NCBI GenBank assembly: GCA_950097015.1
Contig: CATNEN010000038.1
Coordinates: 16,864,001-16,928,000, forward strand
DNA from: Macrostomum hystrix
Lineage: Eukaryota > Animalia > Platyhelminthes
Reading direction: 5' to 3'
DNA: 64,000 nt
Shown here piece after piece: positions 24,691-38,800 of this stretch. Position 1 is the first letter of the stretch; each line of letters begins with the position of its first letter. Made by a program: the position numbers and the translations under genes. The notes beneath the pieces were generated by a model. The model had not been told where the DNA came from. It searched no databases and was given only the letters and a program-made list of their open reading frames with translations.

Positions 24691-25137
24691 TCACTCTCAC
24701 TTTGCAGAGCCAATTTGCAACGCCGTTGAGAAATTTCGGTCTCAACAGTACACGCATGAAAAGTGGAATCATTTTCTTTTCCATTTCCATTTTAGTGCCC
24801 ACATCCGCATTTTACTAGCTTTGACGACACTGCGCGTTTAAGCAGGCAGTTTTAGCCATCCGTTTGTATAGTTCCTTTTCCTATTAGCATTTGTCACTGT
24901 GACGTATTTTCGATTAGCAAATCTCTTCCTGAAGGCGGCAAAGATTCAGATTGTATCGTCAGAAATAAGAAGGCTATTTTCGCTCACCCGCCAGACAAAA
25001 ATAGATGCAGCTAGTGCCCTGGTATTTCCAAAGAACCAAAGTTGCACATAAAAGAGCAATGGGTGAACGGTCATTACACATATTTCATCAGATTTTTAGA
25101 CCTCCCTTAATTTTCTATCATTGCCAGCAGGATCACC

Positions 25138-26377
25138 ATGTACTTCGCCAATTCGCGAGTTTATTTCGCTCTCGTGCTTGCAGTCCTAGTGTCCGGTACA
25201 ATGCTCCAAGTTACCAAGGCCTGTGGAAGTCAGTGCCGTGAGACGCAACTTACCCCCAGCGTCGCAAATCGACGGCTACTAAGAAGGGTGAGTACTGTTT
25301 AATGCATTGTTGACTCATGATTTGTAGACATATAAAAGAAATCTATTTAACTTTAGAAAGAACACGCCATATATGGGGAAAGACAAGGGGGGGTATTTCA
25401 AAAACACACTGTCTATACTTCACGATAGCTCCCAAACCGAATCGAATGACCGATTTTCGTGAAAGTCCACCATTTTGATCTGAATTCTCCGTCGAACTAA
25501 CTTTCAAAGTTGTCCGACGTCAGCATGATCGAGATATTCAAGCGATTCTTGTCAATGACCCATGATGAATTTTTTTTAGCAGAAAATGTATGCCTAATAT
25601 GCAAAAATGTCCTTTCTCTTTTAGATTTGCATCGGAATAGCCGAGGAAAACATCCCATTGTGCAACGTCAGCGGATCTTCCAGCTTTCCTTGTCGTTCAG
25701 TTTTGCCAACCAGCATCAGAGCAGGTAAAAAACTGCCCCAAAAGCCTGTAGCGTTTACCGCCAAATCCCTTTTCGATAATTCTTTAGCAATAGGGGGGGG
25801 CCTTGCCACCTCACCCAACCCAAGCTTAGGAGTGCTGTTGTCATGGCCCATATTGTAGATGCATTCAAAACTATATGTCGGCTTGAATAGCTAGCTTGGT
25901 AAATGAGCACTGAATTTCCTTGAGAATTTCAACTTCAATGTCAATTAAACAAAGCTAATTTAATAAAAAAACGAACTCCGTGCAGCCAACGGCTTCCTAT
26001 TTCCGCTGACCTGCTTCGATCCGATGTCATTTGGACGAACCGGGAACTGCAACAATCTGACGGACACCTTCCATGTATCCAACGACTCCGTGACTGTGCG
26101 AGTGGCTGGTCTCTACCTGATCAAGGTGAAAGTGACCGGTAATCCCAGTCCCACATTCAACATCAGCGTTAACAAATTGAACAGCTACGGTTTGATCTGC
26201 ACTGCCAATCAAGGCAGCAGCAGCTGTATCCTCATCGACTGGATCCAACTGCGGGCCAATGACACTCTGCAGATCTTCCTGAACAAGGACCGGACGGCGG
26301 TGAAGCCGAGATTCAGCCAGACGAGCCTCAGCTTGCTGCACCTGCCTGAAGTTGAATCGCCTGTTGGTGAATCCTAA
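25138..26377 (+). CDS. Secreted or membrane TNF-ligand/C1q-fold protein, 3 exons (25138-25287, 25625-25724, 25986-26377), ~213 aa
   Basis: Phase-compatible GT-AG junctions (0,1); N-terminal hydrophobic VYFALVLAVLVSG; basic RRLLRR; jelly-roll motifs VTVRVAGLYLIKVKV and IQLRANDTLQIFL. Confidence 0.7.
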
Positions 26378-29300
26378 AATATTGAAATCTGATTGTGATG
26401 ATCTGCGCAACTGTTTTATTGAAATCGTAATTGCAACGGAGTTCGTAGCATATTTAAAAAGCACAATGTCTAGAAAAGTTTTTAACACGAATCATTTGTC
26501 TAATTTGTTAAAGCAATATGCTTCGTTTTTAAAGTAAATTAAACATTCGCTTTTTAAGAGCATGTTTTAACTATTCTGATACTTGAAATCCGACATTTTT
26601 AACTGCAGGGCCTCTGTCAGTAAAACACTTTCTTCTGTGCGACTCCGTAACTTTTTCATCAGGGATTTTCAATATCCAGCTGCCGATCGGGTCGCAAGAT
26701 CCGTTCGACGGCCATTTCTCAAAAGTCTTATCCAACTCCCGTGTCTCATCCATCCCATGCATGCCCAATCTTTCCATTGTTCATCGCTCCTTTTTTATCT
26801 ATTCCATTCTTAATTAGTCAATTATCACATGCACTCCTCCTTGTCCCATCTCGATCCAGTGCCTCGATAATCTCTCTCTCGTCTGATTCTCTCAGGTTTC
26901 TCATCTCTAGTTATACAGCCAGTCAGTCTCGTCTTTTATCCGAATGCTTAGCTCTACCGTCAATAATAAGTTAATCAATAAATTTTCTGACTCGACATGC
27001 ATACCTATTCGACCCTGTGATTAATCTCTGCCTGCATCAATTTGTCATTAATAACGTTATGCTCCAATTCAAGAACATGCATGGAAATATTATCAACCAC
27101 AAATAAACGAAATACACGTGATTTATACTGCAGATACCAGCCACATTGATGTAGACTTAGTTCAAGAATTTTGAAATCGCTTTTTTAGTGAAGTTTGACA
27201 ATATTAAGTTTTAATTTTACGCATATTTCAAGCGTGAATAATTAACGTGGTAATTTATTATAGAAGTTGTCCACTTCGTCGTCAACCCGTCAACCCGGAT
27301 AATACGGATAATAATACAATTCCTTTTTATTATGAAAAAAATATTATCTACTAGTAAAAAAAGTAAAAAAGTCTGAGAAACAGTTAAAATGTTTTTATTG
27401 CAACGTAATTCTGTTTTTATTTGATTGGTTTAAGACGTGATTTTCTTAGAAGCCTGAAGTCAAATAATATATACACATCAATAATGGTAAAGATAGTTTT
27501 AAGTGATTGTTCAAGTCTTGCCTCTTTAGCTAACCACGAGAATCAAAATTTACTTGCATCTGTTAATTTAATTTATCGCTTAAAAGAAAATTTAAGTTAG
27601 GGGGCCTAGGGCCTATTCTATCTCTGTGATTTTAGCCTATGCATAGTAAGCCAAAGTCATGACCATGACCAATGACCATGAGTAAAGCCTAAAACAAAAG
27701 TAAAAATGTCTATTTGTTGAAAAATCTAGATTTCAAGTTTTTTGGTTAGTATACAAGGAATATATGTTATAAATAAAATTTTATTCATAAAAAACTAGCT
27801 AAATTGGTTGCATTCATGGACAACAAGGTGTGTCTCAAAACTTTGGAACATCACTAGGCCTATAAGACCATTGGCATTAATATTTGAAATAGCCACGCTT
27901 AACCCAACAGTACCAAGCCAATAATTATCCACATAGTTCCATGCCAATAATGCCTATCACATTGTAATTGTAATTGGGTTTATCTTCTATTTTTCTTTTT
28001 GTGGTAGTGTAGGCCCCCTATCACTTGGCACAAGTGATCCCTCTCAAAGGCCTTTACTGGAATCAGTCTTTACTGACCATTTCTGTTGATCAGAGGGTCA
28101 CAGCCTCAAACAATTAACTCAACATATAAGTTATAGCAATTCTTTCAAACCTTTTTGCTCAGCTATAGACCTAACTTTAGGCTATTGGCTTCTTGCCTCC
28201 CCTCCCTCAGTGGTGCATTGTTTTATATATACAAAATGTTCAACCACTTATGTAATATAGAGTATAGACTGAGTATATTTGTTAGAATAAGTAAATTTTA
28301 CAGTATATTCATAATAATAATTATTTTGTTTATTAAAATATTTAACAAATGTCAAATTATAACTTAAAACAATTTAAGCTTGTATAACAAAAGCATTAGT
28401 GCCATTTGTACCTACAAATTTAATTTTCAAAGTGTGAGTATAAAATCATCCCTACTATAATATCTACCTGACAGCTTGCTTAAATAAGACCACTACTCTG
28501 ATAATAGGTAGCCTAAGCAGTAGTAGAGTAAGCTATGCAAATTATTTAGAAATCATTTGCTATAAATTTTTTATGTATATCATTACCTATTATCAGTATG
28601 GATTAGTAGCACCCTGGGGTTGGCTGAGTGCACTGACCCACTGGCTAACAGGCAGGGGGTTGGTGCAGGTGCACTGGTCTAGTTGCCATGCCTGCACTAA
28701 ATTTGTTTGTAATTATATACAAACTGAATAAACACTATAAAATAATTGTAGACCACCATATTTTAGCCAGATTTCTTCCTAGATGTTTATAGCCAGCTAT
28801 GATGGTCAAGAAAGTTGTTTTTAATTAATAGGCTACTATTTACAAAATAATGAACTGGTTTAATGAAATTATATGCATTAGGCCCTACTACATAAGTTAA
28901 AACTTGTTTTTGTGTTTTATTTCATTTGACTCATAAAAATACTATAGCAAGTTATAGTGGGCCTATTCTAGCTAAAGTGGTTGTATGGGACAAGTAGTTG
29001 ACAGACAATGTAAAGAAAAATAGCTAGTAGCTGTAAATGCACTAACTACTATTTAAAAAACTTTCTAGTATTTAATTAGTAGAATCTAGTAACTAAGCCT
29101 GTTTCTAGAATTGGACAGAATCAATGACTGACATTTTTATTGTTCAGTAATTTGCATCTAAAGATATTTAACAACTAAGAGCTTTCTCGAGATCATACTA
29201 CCAATGCTAGATTAAAATTCTACATTAATCTATGTAGATAAACATCTACAAAAGCACTTTGTCAAGGTTCAACATCAGGTTTGACCAAAGCGTGTGCCAG

Positions 29301-29834
29301 AGGTCTTTAGTGTGCTGGGCAAAGCCAATGAAGTACTCACCATTGACTGGTGTTTTATGTAGCTTTACATTAGATATACATGTGTTTGTTTAGTGTGAAT
29401 GTCACCAGCATTCTTTTCTGAGATGGGCCTCCTGGTGATAATCAACCTTGAGTCCCTAGCTCCCAGCCAGCAATAATAGTCTGCATAGCTGTTCTTGCCA
29501 TCCAGGTGGAGCCAGGTCTCATACTGGCTGCTGAACGCCTTGGTAACAGATCAAGCAGACCAAGATTCTGGGCCATGAAATAATGGACTATCTGTGAAAT
29601 TAACCTCAAAGCAGTCCACTAGCTCGGCGACAGAAAGCTGCAGGTCTTCCTTGTCAATCCTTGACCAGGTTGCTGATGGACATTGATTTTCTCTGTTGCC
29701 TTGAAGGGATCTTGTAGGAGGGGTAAAAACAGAAATCAACCAGACTGGCTTAGTGTTACGTAGATAATTCATTTCCAAAAAATGCCTCATAAATTCCAGC
29801 TAGCTAACCAGTTTAGTGTACAATCAATCAATCC

Positions 29835-32800
29835 ATGGCTGACATAGTGTTGACCGATGAGAAAGCTGACGGCATGGCTAAGTCGGCAGTGACGGCCGCA
29901 GTCACCGACAACCCAAATCAAGATTCCGCAGCCTTAGCTGATGATTTCTTTGTTGACAACGATGATAATGATGACGAATACGATGACGATGACGATCCAC
30001 CTTTGGAGCGCTGGGCGCCTCTCGGTGCCTCCAATCCGGACGCCGTGCCCTCCGCTGTGGTCTCGGATGGCGGCGATCAATTGCGCGATTTGCGCGAAGA
30101 GCAAGAACAGCTCACTAACTCGTTGATGTCTCTGACGTCACACTTTGCCCAGGTGCAATTTCGTCTCAGCCAGGTGTTGGACGCGCCTGCTGAGGAGCGC
30201 GAGGCTATGCTCAAACAGTTAGAAGAGTTCAGCTCGCGCGGTGTGCCAGATCTCAGATCTTTGCCGCAGTCCATCGGCCAGCGGGATCCCAGCCAGCAGG
30301 TCATCGGTCAGCTGCGCGCCAAGCTAGACGAATTGGAGAAATTCGCCTGCGACACAGGCCAATATGATGGGCCGCCCACCCTGCAGCAGCTAGAGCAGCA
30401 TCGCGTTGTCATGGAGACGCTGCGCTCTCAGCTCAACTTTGATGTGCCCTTAGATAAGCAATTGTCAGCTGATGAAGTCAGACGCGCCGTTGACAGCGCC
30501 GTAACTCAGATAGTGCATCCGGCCAAGGTTAAAGAGCAGCTGGTTGAGCAGTTGAAAACGCAGATCACAGATTTGGAGAGGTTCATCGACTTTCTTCAAG
30601 GTGAGCCTGAGATGCTTGATGCTTATAGATTTTTATACTTTGTTAGTACGTTAATCTACATACTAACGTGCATGAAGCCAAACACTACACTGAGTAGCCA
30701 AACACTCAGGCGTGTGGCTTGTGGTCTTAAAAAGATAGTTAGAGCAATTGGAATCACGACTTGAAGGTCAGGGGTTCGATTTCGGACTCTACTGGAACAA
30801 TTTATGTCCTCACAACTTCCTTGTCACCGCAAGACACAACTCTCCATTGCTTCAGTTCACCCAGCTGTTAAACGCTTACTGGCATTAGCTGGGGTAATTG
30901 AGCGTGGTGTGGCGTCCCTCCAGTCCATGGACAGAACAGCTTTTCGCATCCCTTGTATGCGCCTCACAAAAGCCAGTGGCTGTACATCATCTGGTCCAGT
31001 TAAATTATTTTGGTTTTATAAATACATAAAGACTTTTAAGGAATTCGCCCTGTTTTTATCGTTGTAATTGTTGAAAAATATAACTATTGAGAATCCAATA
31101 AGTTAACAGAACTTCGCTCTTTATAATAATCATATATTAGAAGAGATCACCTGTGTGTACGAAATTGGCGAGGCTTGCCCCTGCAAGTGTCATGAAAAGG
31201 TAAAAACTGTTTAGTTAGTTAATTAATAATATTGCTTCATCGGTATTTTTTAATCTTCTCCATCTACAGAAGATTTGATTGTTGGTGATGATAACTGAGA
31301 TTGGTTATGGTAAATATGAGTATAATTTGTCTCTTTTCGCTATAATTTATTTCATCTGGTTTGTAATTTTTGCTGTAGCAGATTATTACTCTAAATTATT
31401 TTCAATTTAGTCTATTTGCTAGGGATTTTCAAAATTAAGGGGTCACGGAAAACTTGAGATTTCATTATATCAGAGACTTTTTAAAAGTCAGGTGTTTCGC
31501 TGATAAGGGATTTCCCAGTTCACAGATTTGCCAGATAAGGGATTTCCCAGTTCACAGATTCCCCAGATAAGGGATTTCCCAGTTCACAGATTTGCCAGAT
31601 AAGGGATTTCCCAGTTCACAGATTCCCCAGATAAGGGATTTCCCAGTTCACCGATTCCCCAGCTAAGGGATTTCCCAGTTCACAGATTCCCCAGATAAGG
31701 GATTTCTCTGTTCACAGATTCCCTAGATATGGGATTTCCCAGTTTACAGATTCCCTAGATAAGGGATTCCCCGGATCAGGGATTCACTGAGAATCTGGAA
31801 TTTTCTGGATCAGGGATTCCCTAAAAATCGTGGGTTCTTATTTTAGGATTTAACAAAACTGCACCGCTAAATATCAGGATTTACTGAAGACCGAGGATTC
31901 CCCTGATTAATGATTCACTGAAAATGGGCTGCTCCTGTGATGTGGAATTTACATCAAGTTTGTTCATTATCTAATGCATATTGTTTATTATTAGCTAGTG
32001 CTACTTCTGCAATTTCCTAAATACGGTGACTTGTACTTTTACATTTTTACCAGGCGAAAACACGGTATTTCCGTGTTCATTAGCTCAGAATCCTAACTCT
32101 GTGTGCCTATGCCCCGAGCACAGGCCTGCCAAGGTAAAAATGCTAATTAAATATCGTTTTTATAATTTATTTTTCTCTTTTAATGTTGTTTCAATGAAAA
32201 TTATAATAGATCATACAGCAGAGGGCAATGTTTGCTGTACTTGTCCCATTTGTTGTCGTTTTTCATAAACTTTTGTCTTACTCGTCTACATCCAACTGTT
32301 TTAATTACCGTTCTGCTTGCATTTCTTAAGATAAAATTCTGACTTCAAATGGGGGAAGAAATTTTAATTCCAGAATTTGAATTGCCTTAGAATGGGATTC
32401 CCTGTTATTCAGATTGCCCTTTGAACGGGATTCCCTGAAATTTGGATTACCCAAGAATGGGATTCCCTCTAACTGGGCTTGCTCTAGAATGGGAATTTCT
32501 TTAAATGGGACTTCCCCAGAATGGGAATTCCTTTAACTGGGATTGCCCCAGATTGGGAATTCCTTTAGCTGGGATTGCCCCAGAATGAGATTTCCTACAA
32601 CTGGGACTTCCCCAGAATGGGAATTCCTTTAACTTTGATTGCCCCAGATTGGGAATTCCTTTAACTGGGATTGCCCCAGATTGGGAATTCCTTTAACTGG
32701 GATTGCCCCAGATTGGGAATTCCTTTAACTGGGATTGCCCCAGAATGAGATTTCCTTCAACTGGGACTTCCCCAGAATGGGAATTCCTTTAACTGGGATT

Positions 32801-35800
32801 GCCCCAGATTGGGAATTCCTTTAACTGGGATTGCCCCAGATTGGGAATTCCTTTAACTGGGATTGCCCCAGAATGAGATTTCCTTCAACTGGGACTTCCC
32901 CAGAATGGGAATTCCTTTAACTGGGATTGCCCCAGAATGAGATTCCTATTGCATAACTAAAAGGTAATTCCTAAGTCATAATAATACAATGATATTATAT
33001 ATCAAAGTTAACCCTAATTTTTAGCTCACCCAGTATATAAGGTTTTCGTAGTTAATCGATAGTGAGCATATGCTAATCACTGACTCAATTACAATAATTA
33101 GTTAGTAGATCCTAATGAAACAATTATCACTATCATTTTACTTTTGTTTCTGCTTTTGATTTTTGTTGTCTAAAACTATTTTAACGTTGTTTTGAAATAA
33201 TGCCATAGTAACTTAATTGTCATTTTAATCGTGTGCGATTATCGGTAGTCTTGAAGATTATTGGCTAACAAGTGCTCACTTTTAAACCAATAGACAATTA
33301 AAAGGTAATTCTAAAGGTATATATTTTAATCTGGTCCAATCTGACAGCTCAAACCTGTACTTTTAGTTTTTCTGGTACGATCGAAGCAACACCAGTCCAT
33401 CGTCGCAGTCCAAACATACTGTAAACATGATTACGTAATACATATGTTCCTGATTTAGTTGCTAGGTTTAATGAGAAATTCTTGTTCACTGTTACAGTTG
33501 AATTTTCTTTTCGTAATTCACTGTCGTTTGTTCTAATATCCATTCCATCTATTCTGAAATTTCATTCCTACCTGAAACAATATTCTTGCCTAAAACCCTA
33601 TTCCTACCTGAATCCCTATTCCTACCTGAATCCCTATTCCTACCTAAATTCCTATTCCTACCTGAATCCCTATTCCTAACTGAATCCCTATTCCTACCTA
33701 AATTCCTATTCCTACCTGAATCCCTATTCCTACCTGAATCCCTATTCCTACCTGAATCCCTATTCCTACCTGAATCCCTATTCCTACCTAAATTCCTATT
33801 CCTACCTGAATCCCTATTCCTAACTGAATCCCAATTCCTACCTGAATCCCTATTCCTACCTGAATCCCTATTCCTAACTGAATCCCTATTCCTAACTGAA
33901 TCCCTATTCCTACCTAAATTCCTATTCCTACCTAAATTCCTATTCCTACCTGAATCCCTATTCCTACATATAAATTCCTATTCCTACCTAAATCCCTATT
34001 CCTACCGGAATCCATATCCCTACCTAAATCCATATTCCTAACTGAATCCCTATTCCTAACTGAATCCCTATTCCTAACTGAATCCCTATTCCTAACTGAA
34101 TCCCTATTCCTAACTGAATCCCTATTCCTAACTGAATCCCTATTCCTAACTGAATCCCTATTCCTAACTGAATCCCTATTCCTAACTGAATCCCTATTCC
34201 TAACTGAATCCCTATTCCTACCTGAATCCCTATTCCTAACTGAATCCCTATTCCTAACTGAATCCCTATTCCTACCTGAATCCCTATTCCTAACTGAATC
34301 CCTATTCCTAACTGAATCCCTATTCCTACCTGAATCCCTATTCCTAACTGAATCCCTATTCCTAACTGAATCCCTATTCCTACCTGAATCCCTATTCCTA
34401 ACTGAATCCCTATTCCTAACTGAATCCCTATTCCTACCTGAATCCCTATTCCTACCTGAATCCCTATTCCTACCTGAATCCCTATTCCTACCGGAATCCC
34501 TATCCCTACCTAAATCCATATTCCTACCTGAATCCCTATTCCTAACTGAATCCCTATTCCTACCTGAATCCCTATTCCTAACTGAATCCCTATTCCTACC
34601 TGAATCCCTATTCCTACCTGAATCCCTATTCCTAACTGAATCCCTATTCCTACTTGCAGTCCTATTCCTACCTGAATCCCTATTCCTAACTGAATCCCAA
34701 TTCCTACCTGAATCCCTATTCCTAACTGAATCCCTATTCCTACCTGAATCCCTATTCCTACCTGAATCCCAATTCCTACCTGAATCCCTATTCCTACCGG
34801 AATCCCTATCCCTACCTAAATCCATATTCCTACCTGAATCCCTATTCCTAACTGAATCCCTATTCCTACCTGAATCCCTATTCCTAACTGAATCCCTATT
34901 CCTACCTAAATCCCTATTCCTACCTGAATCCCTATTCCTAACTGAATCCCTATTCCTAACTGAATCCCTATTCCTAACTGAATCCCTATTCCTAACTGAA
35001 TCCCTATTCCTACCTGAATCCCAATTCCTACCTGAATCCCTATTCCTACCTGAATCCCAATTCCTACCTGAATCCCTATTCCTAACTGAATCCCTATTCC
35101 TAACTGAATCCCTATTCCTACCTGAATCCCTATTCCTACCTGAATCCCTATTCCTAACTGAATCCCTATTCCTACCTGAATCCCTATTCCTACTTGCAGT
35201 CCTATTCCTACCTGAATCCCTATTCCTAACTGAATCCCAATTCCTACCTGAATCCCTATTCCTACCTGAATCCCTATTCCTACTTGCAGTCCTATTCCTA
35301 CCTGAATCCCTATTCCTAACTGAATCCCAATTCCTACCTGAATCCCTATTCCTAACTGAATCCCTATTCCTACCTGAATCCCTATTCCTACCTGAATCCC
35401 TATTCCTAACTGAATCCCTATTCCTACCTGAATCCCTATTCCTACCTGAATCCCTATTCCTACTTGCAGTCCTATTCCTACCTGAATCCCTATTCCTAAC
35501 TGAATCCCAATTCCTACCTGAATCCCTATTCCTAACTGAATCCCTATTCCTACCTGAATCCCTATTCCTACCTGAATCCCTATTCCTAACTGAATCCCTA
35601 TTCCTACCTGAATCCCTATTCCTACCTGAATCCCTATTCCTAACTGAATCCCTATTCCTACTTGCAGTCCTATTCCTACCTGAATCCCTATTCCTAACTG
35701 AATCCCTATTCCTACCTGAATCCCTATTCCTAACTGAATCCCTATTCCTACCTAAATCCCTATTCCTACCTGAATCCCTATTCCTAACTGAATCCCTATT

Positions 35801-38800
35801 CCTAACTGAATCCCTATTCCTAACTGAATCCCTATTCCTACCTGAATCCCTATTCCTACCTAAATCCCTATTCCTACCGGAATCCCTATTCCTACCTGAA
35901 TCCCTATTCCTAACTGAATCCCTATTCCTACCTGAATCCCAATTCCTACCTGAATCCCTATTCCTACCGGAATCCCTATTCCTACCTGAATCCCTATTCC
36001 TAACTGAATCCCTATTCCTACCTGAATCCCTATTCCTACTTGCAGTCCTATTCCTACCTGAATCCATATTCCTACCTGAATCCCTATTCCTAACTGAATC
36101 CCTATTCCTAACTGAATCCCTATTCCTACCTGAATCCCTATTCCTACCTGAATCCCTATTCCTACCTGAATCCCTATTCCTACCGGAATCCCTATTCCTA
36201 CCTAAATCCCTATTCCTACCTGAATCCCTATTCCTAACTGAATCCCTATTCCTAACTGAATCCCAATTCCTACCTTAATCCCAATCCTACCTGAATCCCA
36301 ATTCCTACCTTAATCCCTATTCCTACCTGAATCCCAATTCCTACCTGAATCCCAATTCCTACCTGAATCCCTATTCCTACCTGAATCCCAATTCCTACCT
36401 GAATCCCTATTCCTACCGGAATCCCTATTCCTACCTGAATCCCTATTCCTAACTGAATCCCTATTCCTACCTGAATCCCTATTCCTACTTGCAGTCCTAT
36501 TCCTACCTGAATCCATATTCCTACCTGAATCCCTATTCCTAACTGAATCCCTATTCCTACCTGAATCCCTATTCCTACCTGAATCCCTATTCCTACCTGA
36601 ATCCCAATTCCTACCTGAATCCCTATTCCTACCTGAATCCCAATTCCTACCTGAATCCCAATTCCTACCTGAATCCCTATTCCTACCTGAATCCCAATTC
36701 CTACCTGAATCCCTATTCCTACCTGAATCCCAATTCCTACCTGAATCCCAATTCCTACCTGAATCCCTATTCCTACCTGAATCCCTATTCCTACCTGAAT
36801 CCCAATTCCTACCTTAATCCCTATTCCTACCTGAATCCCAATTCCTACCTGAATCCCAATTCCTACCTGAATCCCTATTCCTAACTGAATCCCAATTCCT
36901 ACCTGAATCCCAATTCCTACCTGAATCCCTATTCCTACCTGAATCCCTATTCCTACCTAAATTCCTATTCCTACCTAAATTCCTATTCCTACCTGAATCC
37001 CTATTCCTACATATAAATTCCTATTCCTACCTGAATCCCTATTCCTACCTAAATCCCTATTCCTACCGGAATCCATATCCCTACCTAAATCCATATTCCT
37101 ACCTGAATCCCTATTCCTACCTGAATCCCAATTCCTACCTGAATCCCTATTCCTACCTGAATCCCAATTCCTACCTGAATCCCAATTCCTACCTGAATCC
37201 CTATTCCTACCTGAATCCCTATTCCTACCTGAATCCCAATTCCTACCTTAATCCCTATTCCTACCTGAATCCCAATTCCTACCTGAATCCCAATTCCTAC
37301 CTGAATCCCTATTCCTAACTGAATCCCAATTCCTACCTGAATCCCAATTCCTACCTGAATCCCTATTCCTACCTGAATCCCTATTCCTACCTAAATTCCT
37401 ATTCCTACCTAAATTCCTATTCCTACCTGAATCCCTATTCCTACATATAAATTCCTATTCCTACCTGAATCCCTATTCCTACCTAAATCCCTATTCCTAC
37501 CGGAATCCATATCCCTACCTAAATCCATATTCCTACCTGAATCCCTATTCCTACCTGAATCCCAATTCCTACCTGAATCCCAATTCCTACCTGAATCCCT
37601 ATTCCTACCTGAATCCCAATTCCTACCTGAATCCCTATTCCTACCTGAATCCCAATTCCTACCTGAATCCCAATTCCTACCTGAATCCCTATTCCTACCT
37701 GAATCCCAATTCCTACCTGAATCCCTATTCCTACCTGAATCCCTATTCCTACCTGAATCCCAATTCCTACCTGAATCCCTATTCCTACCTGAATCCCAAT
37801 TCCTACCTGAATCCCTATTCCTACCTGAATCCCTATTCCTAACTGAATCCCAATTCCTACCTGAATCCCAATTCCTACCTGAATCCCTATTCCTACCTGA
37901 ATCCCAATTCCTACCTGAATCCCTATTCCTACCTGAATCCCAATTCCTACCTGAATCCCTATTCCTACCTGAATCCCTATTCCTACCTGAATCCCAATTC
38001 CTACCTGAATCCCTATTCCTACCTGAATCCCAATTCCTACCTGAATCCCAATTCCTACCTGAATCCCTATTCCCGTTGTGAATAATATGTGCAAAGTTAA
38101 TTAGCCTTTAAAAATTAAAAAAATGCCATAGTTTTGTCATTTAGATTGTAGTTACTCGTATTTGGCTTGAAAATATTGTACTAATCAGGCTATAGTGAAA
38201 AAATTATTCGGAGTACTTTGTGGCTATGTTACTTCAGCTCTGCTATATTTTTCTCCGCAGAAAAGAGTAGAAAGGTCGCTTATTCTTGAGTAGGTACACG
38301 TATAGGCTGCAGATTTATGCACTTTTAGATTCTAAAAGCGATTCCATACTCACTTCCCCTGCAGAAATTTTGCGCGAAAAAATCCCCAAAACAGTGTTAG
38401 CCTTTTCTGATTCCACCCACTCACTCCAACAGCTTTACTGCCGATTTCCATTCCCCTGTGGTCACTTGAGCAATCAGCTGTTTTGCCTGTCACACGCTGC
38501 TCAAATTCTCCCTTCAATAAGCTCTCGCACTGACCATTCAGACTTTTTTAAAAGCTTTCTGTTCGTTTTTCTTCACTTTCGTTGGCGCTGTCCTTTAAAA
38601 AATAATGCTATGTTATGAATTTAGTATAGTGTGTTATGAGTAATGACTTCATGATAAGTGTCGTGGATAATGACTTCAGTATAATGTGTTATGAAAAAAT
38701 TACTTCATGATAATAAATAAAATACTTCGAGGTGTTTAAAAATAAACTTCAGGCCAGTTGATGTGTGACTTCAGACCAGTTGATGTGTGACTTCAGGCCA

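Noticed and set aside
33586-38094. Long repetitive ORFs (711 aa RNRDSG; GIGIQV; LPESLF)
   Set aside because: Translations of an 18-bp intronic minisatellite inside RUNDC1; open in several frames and strands
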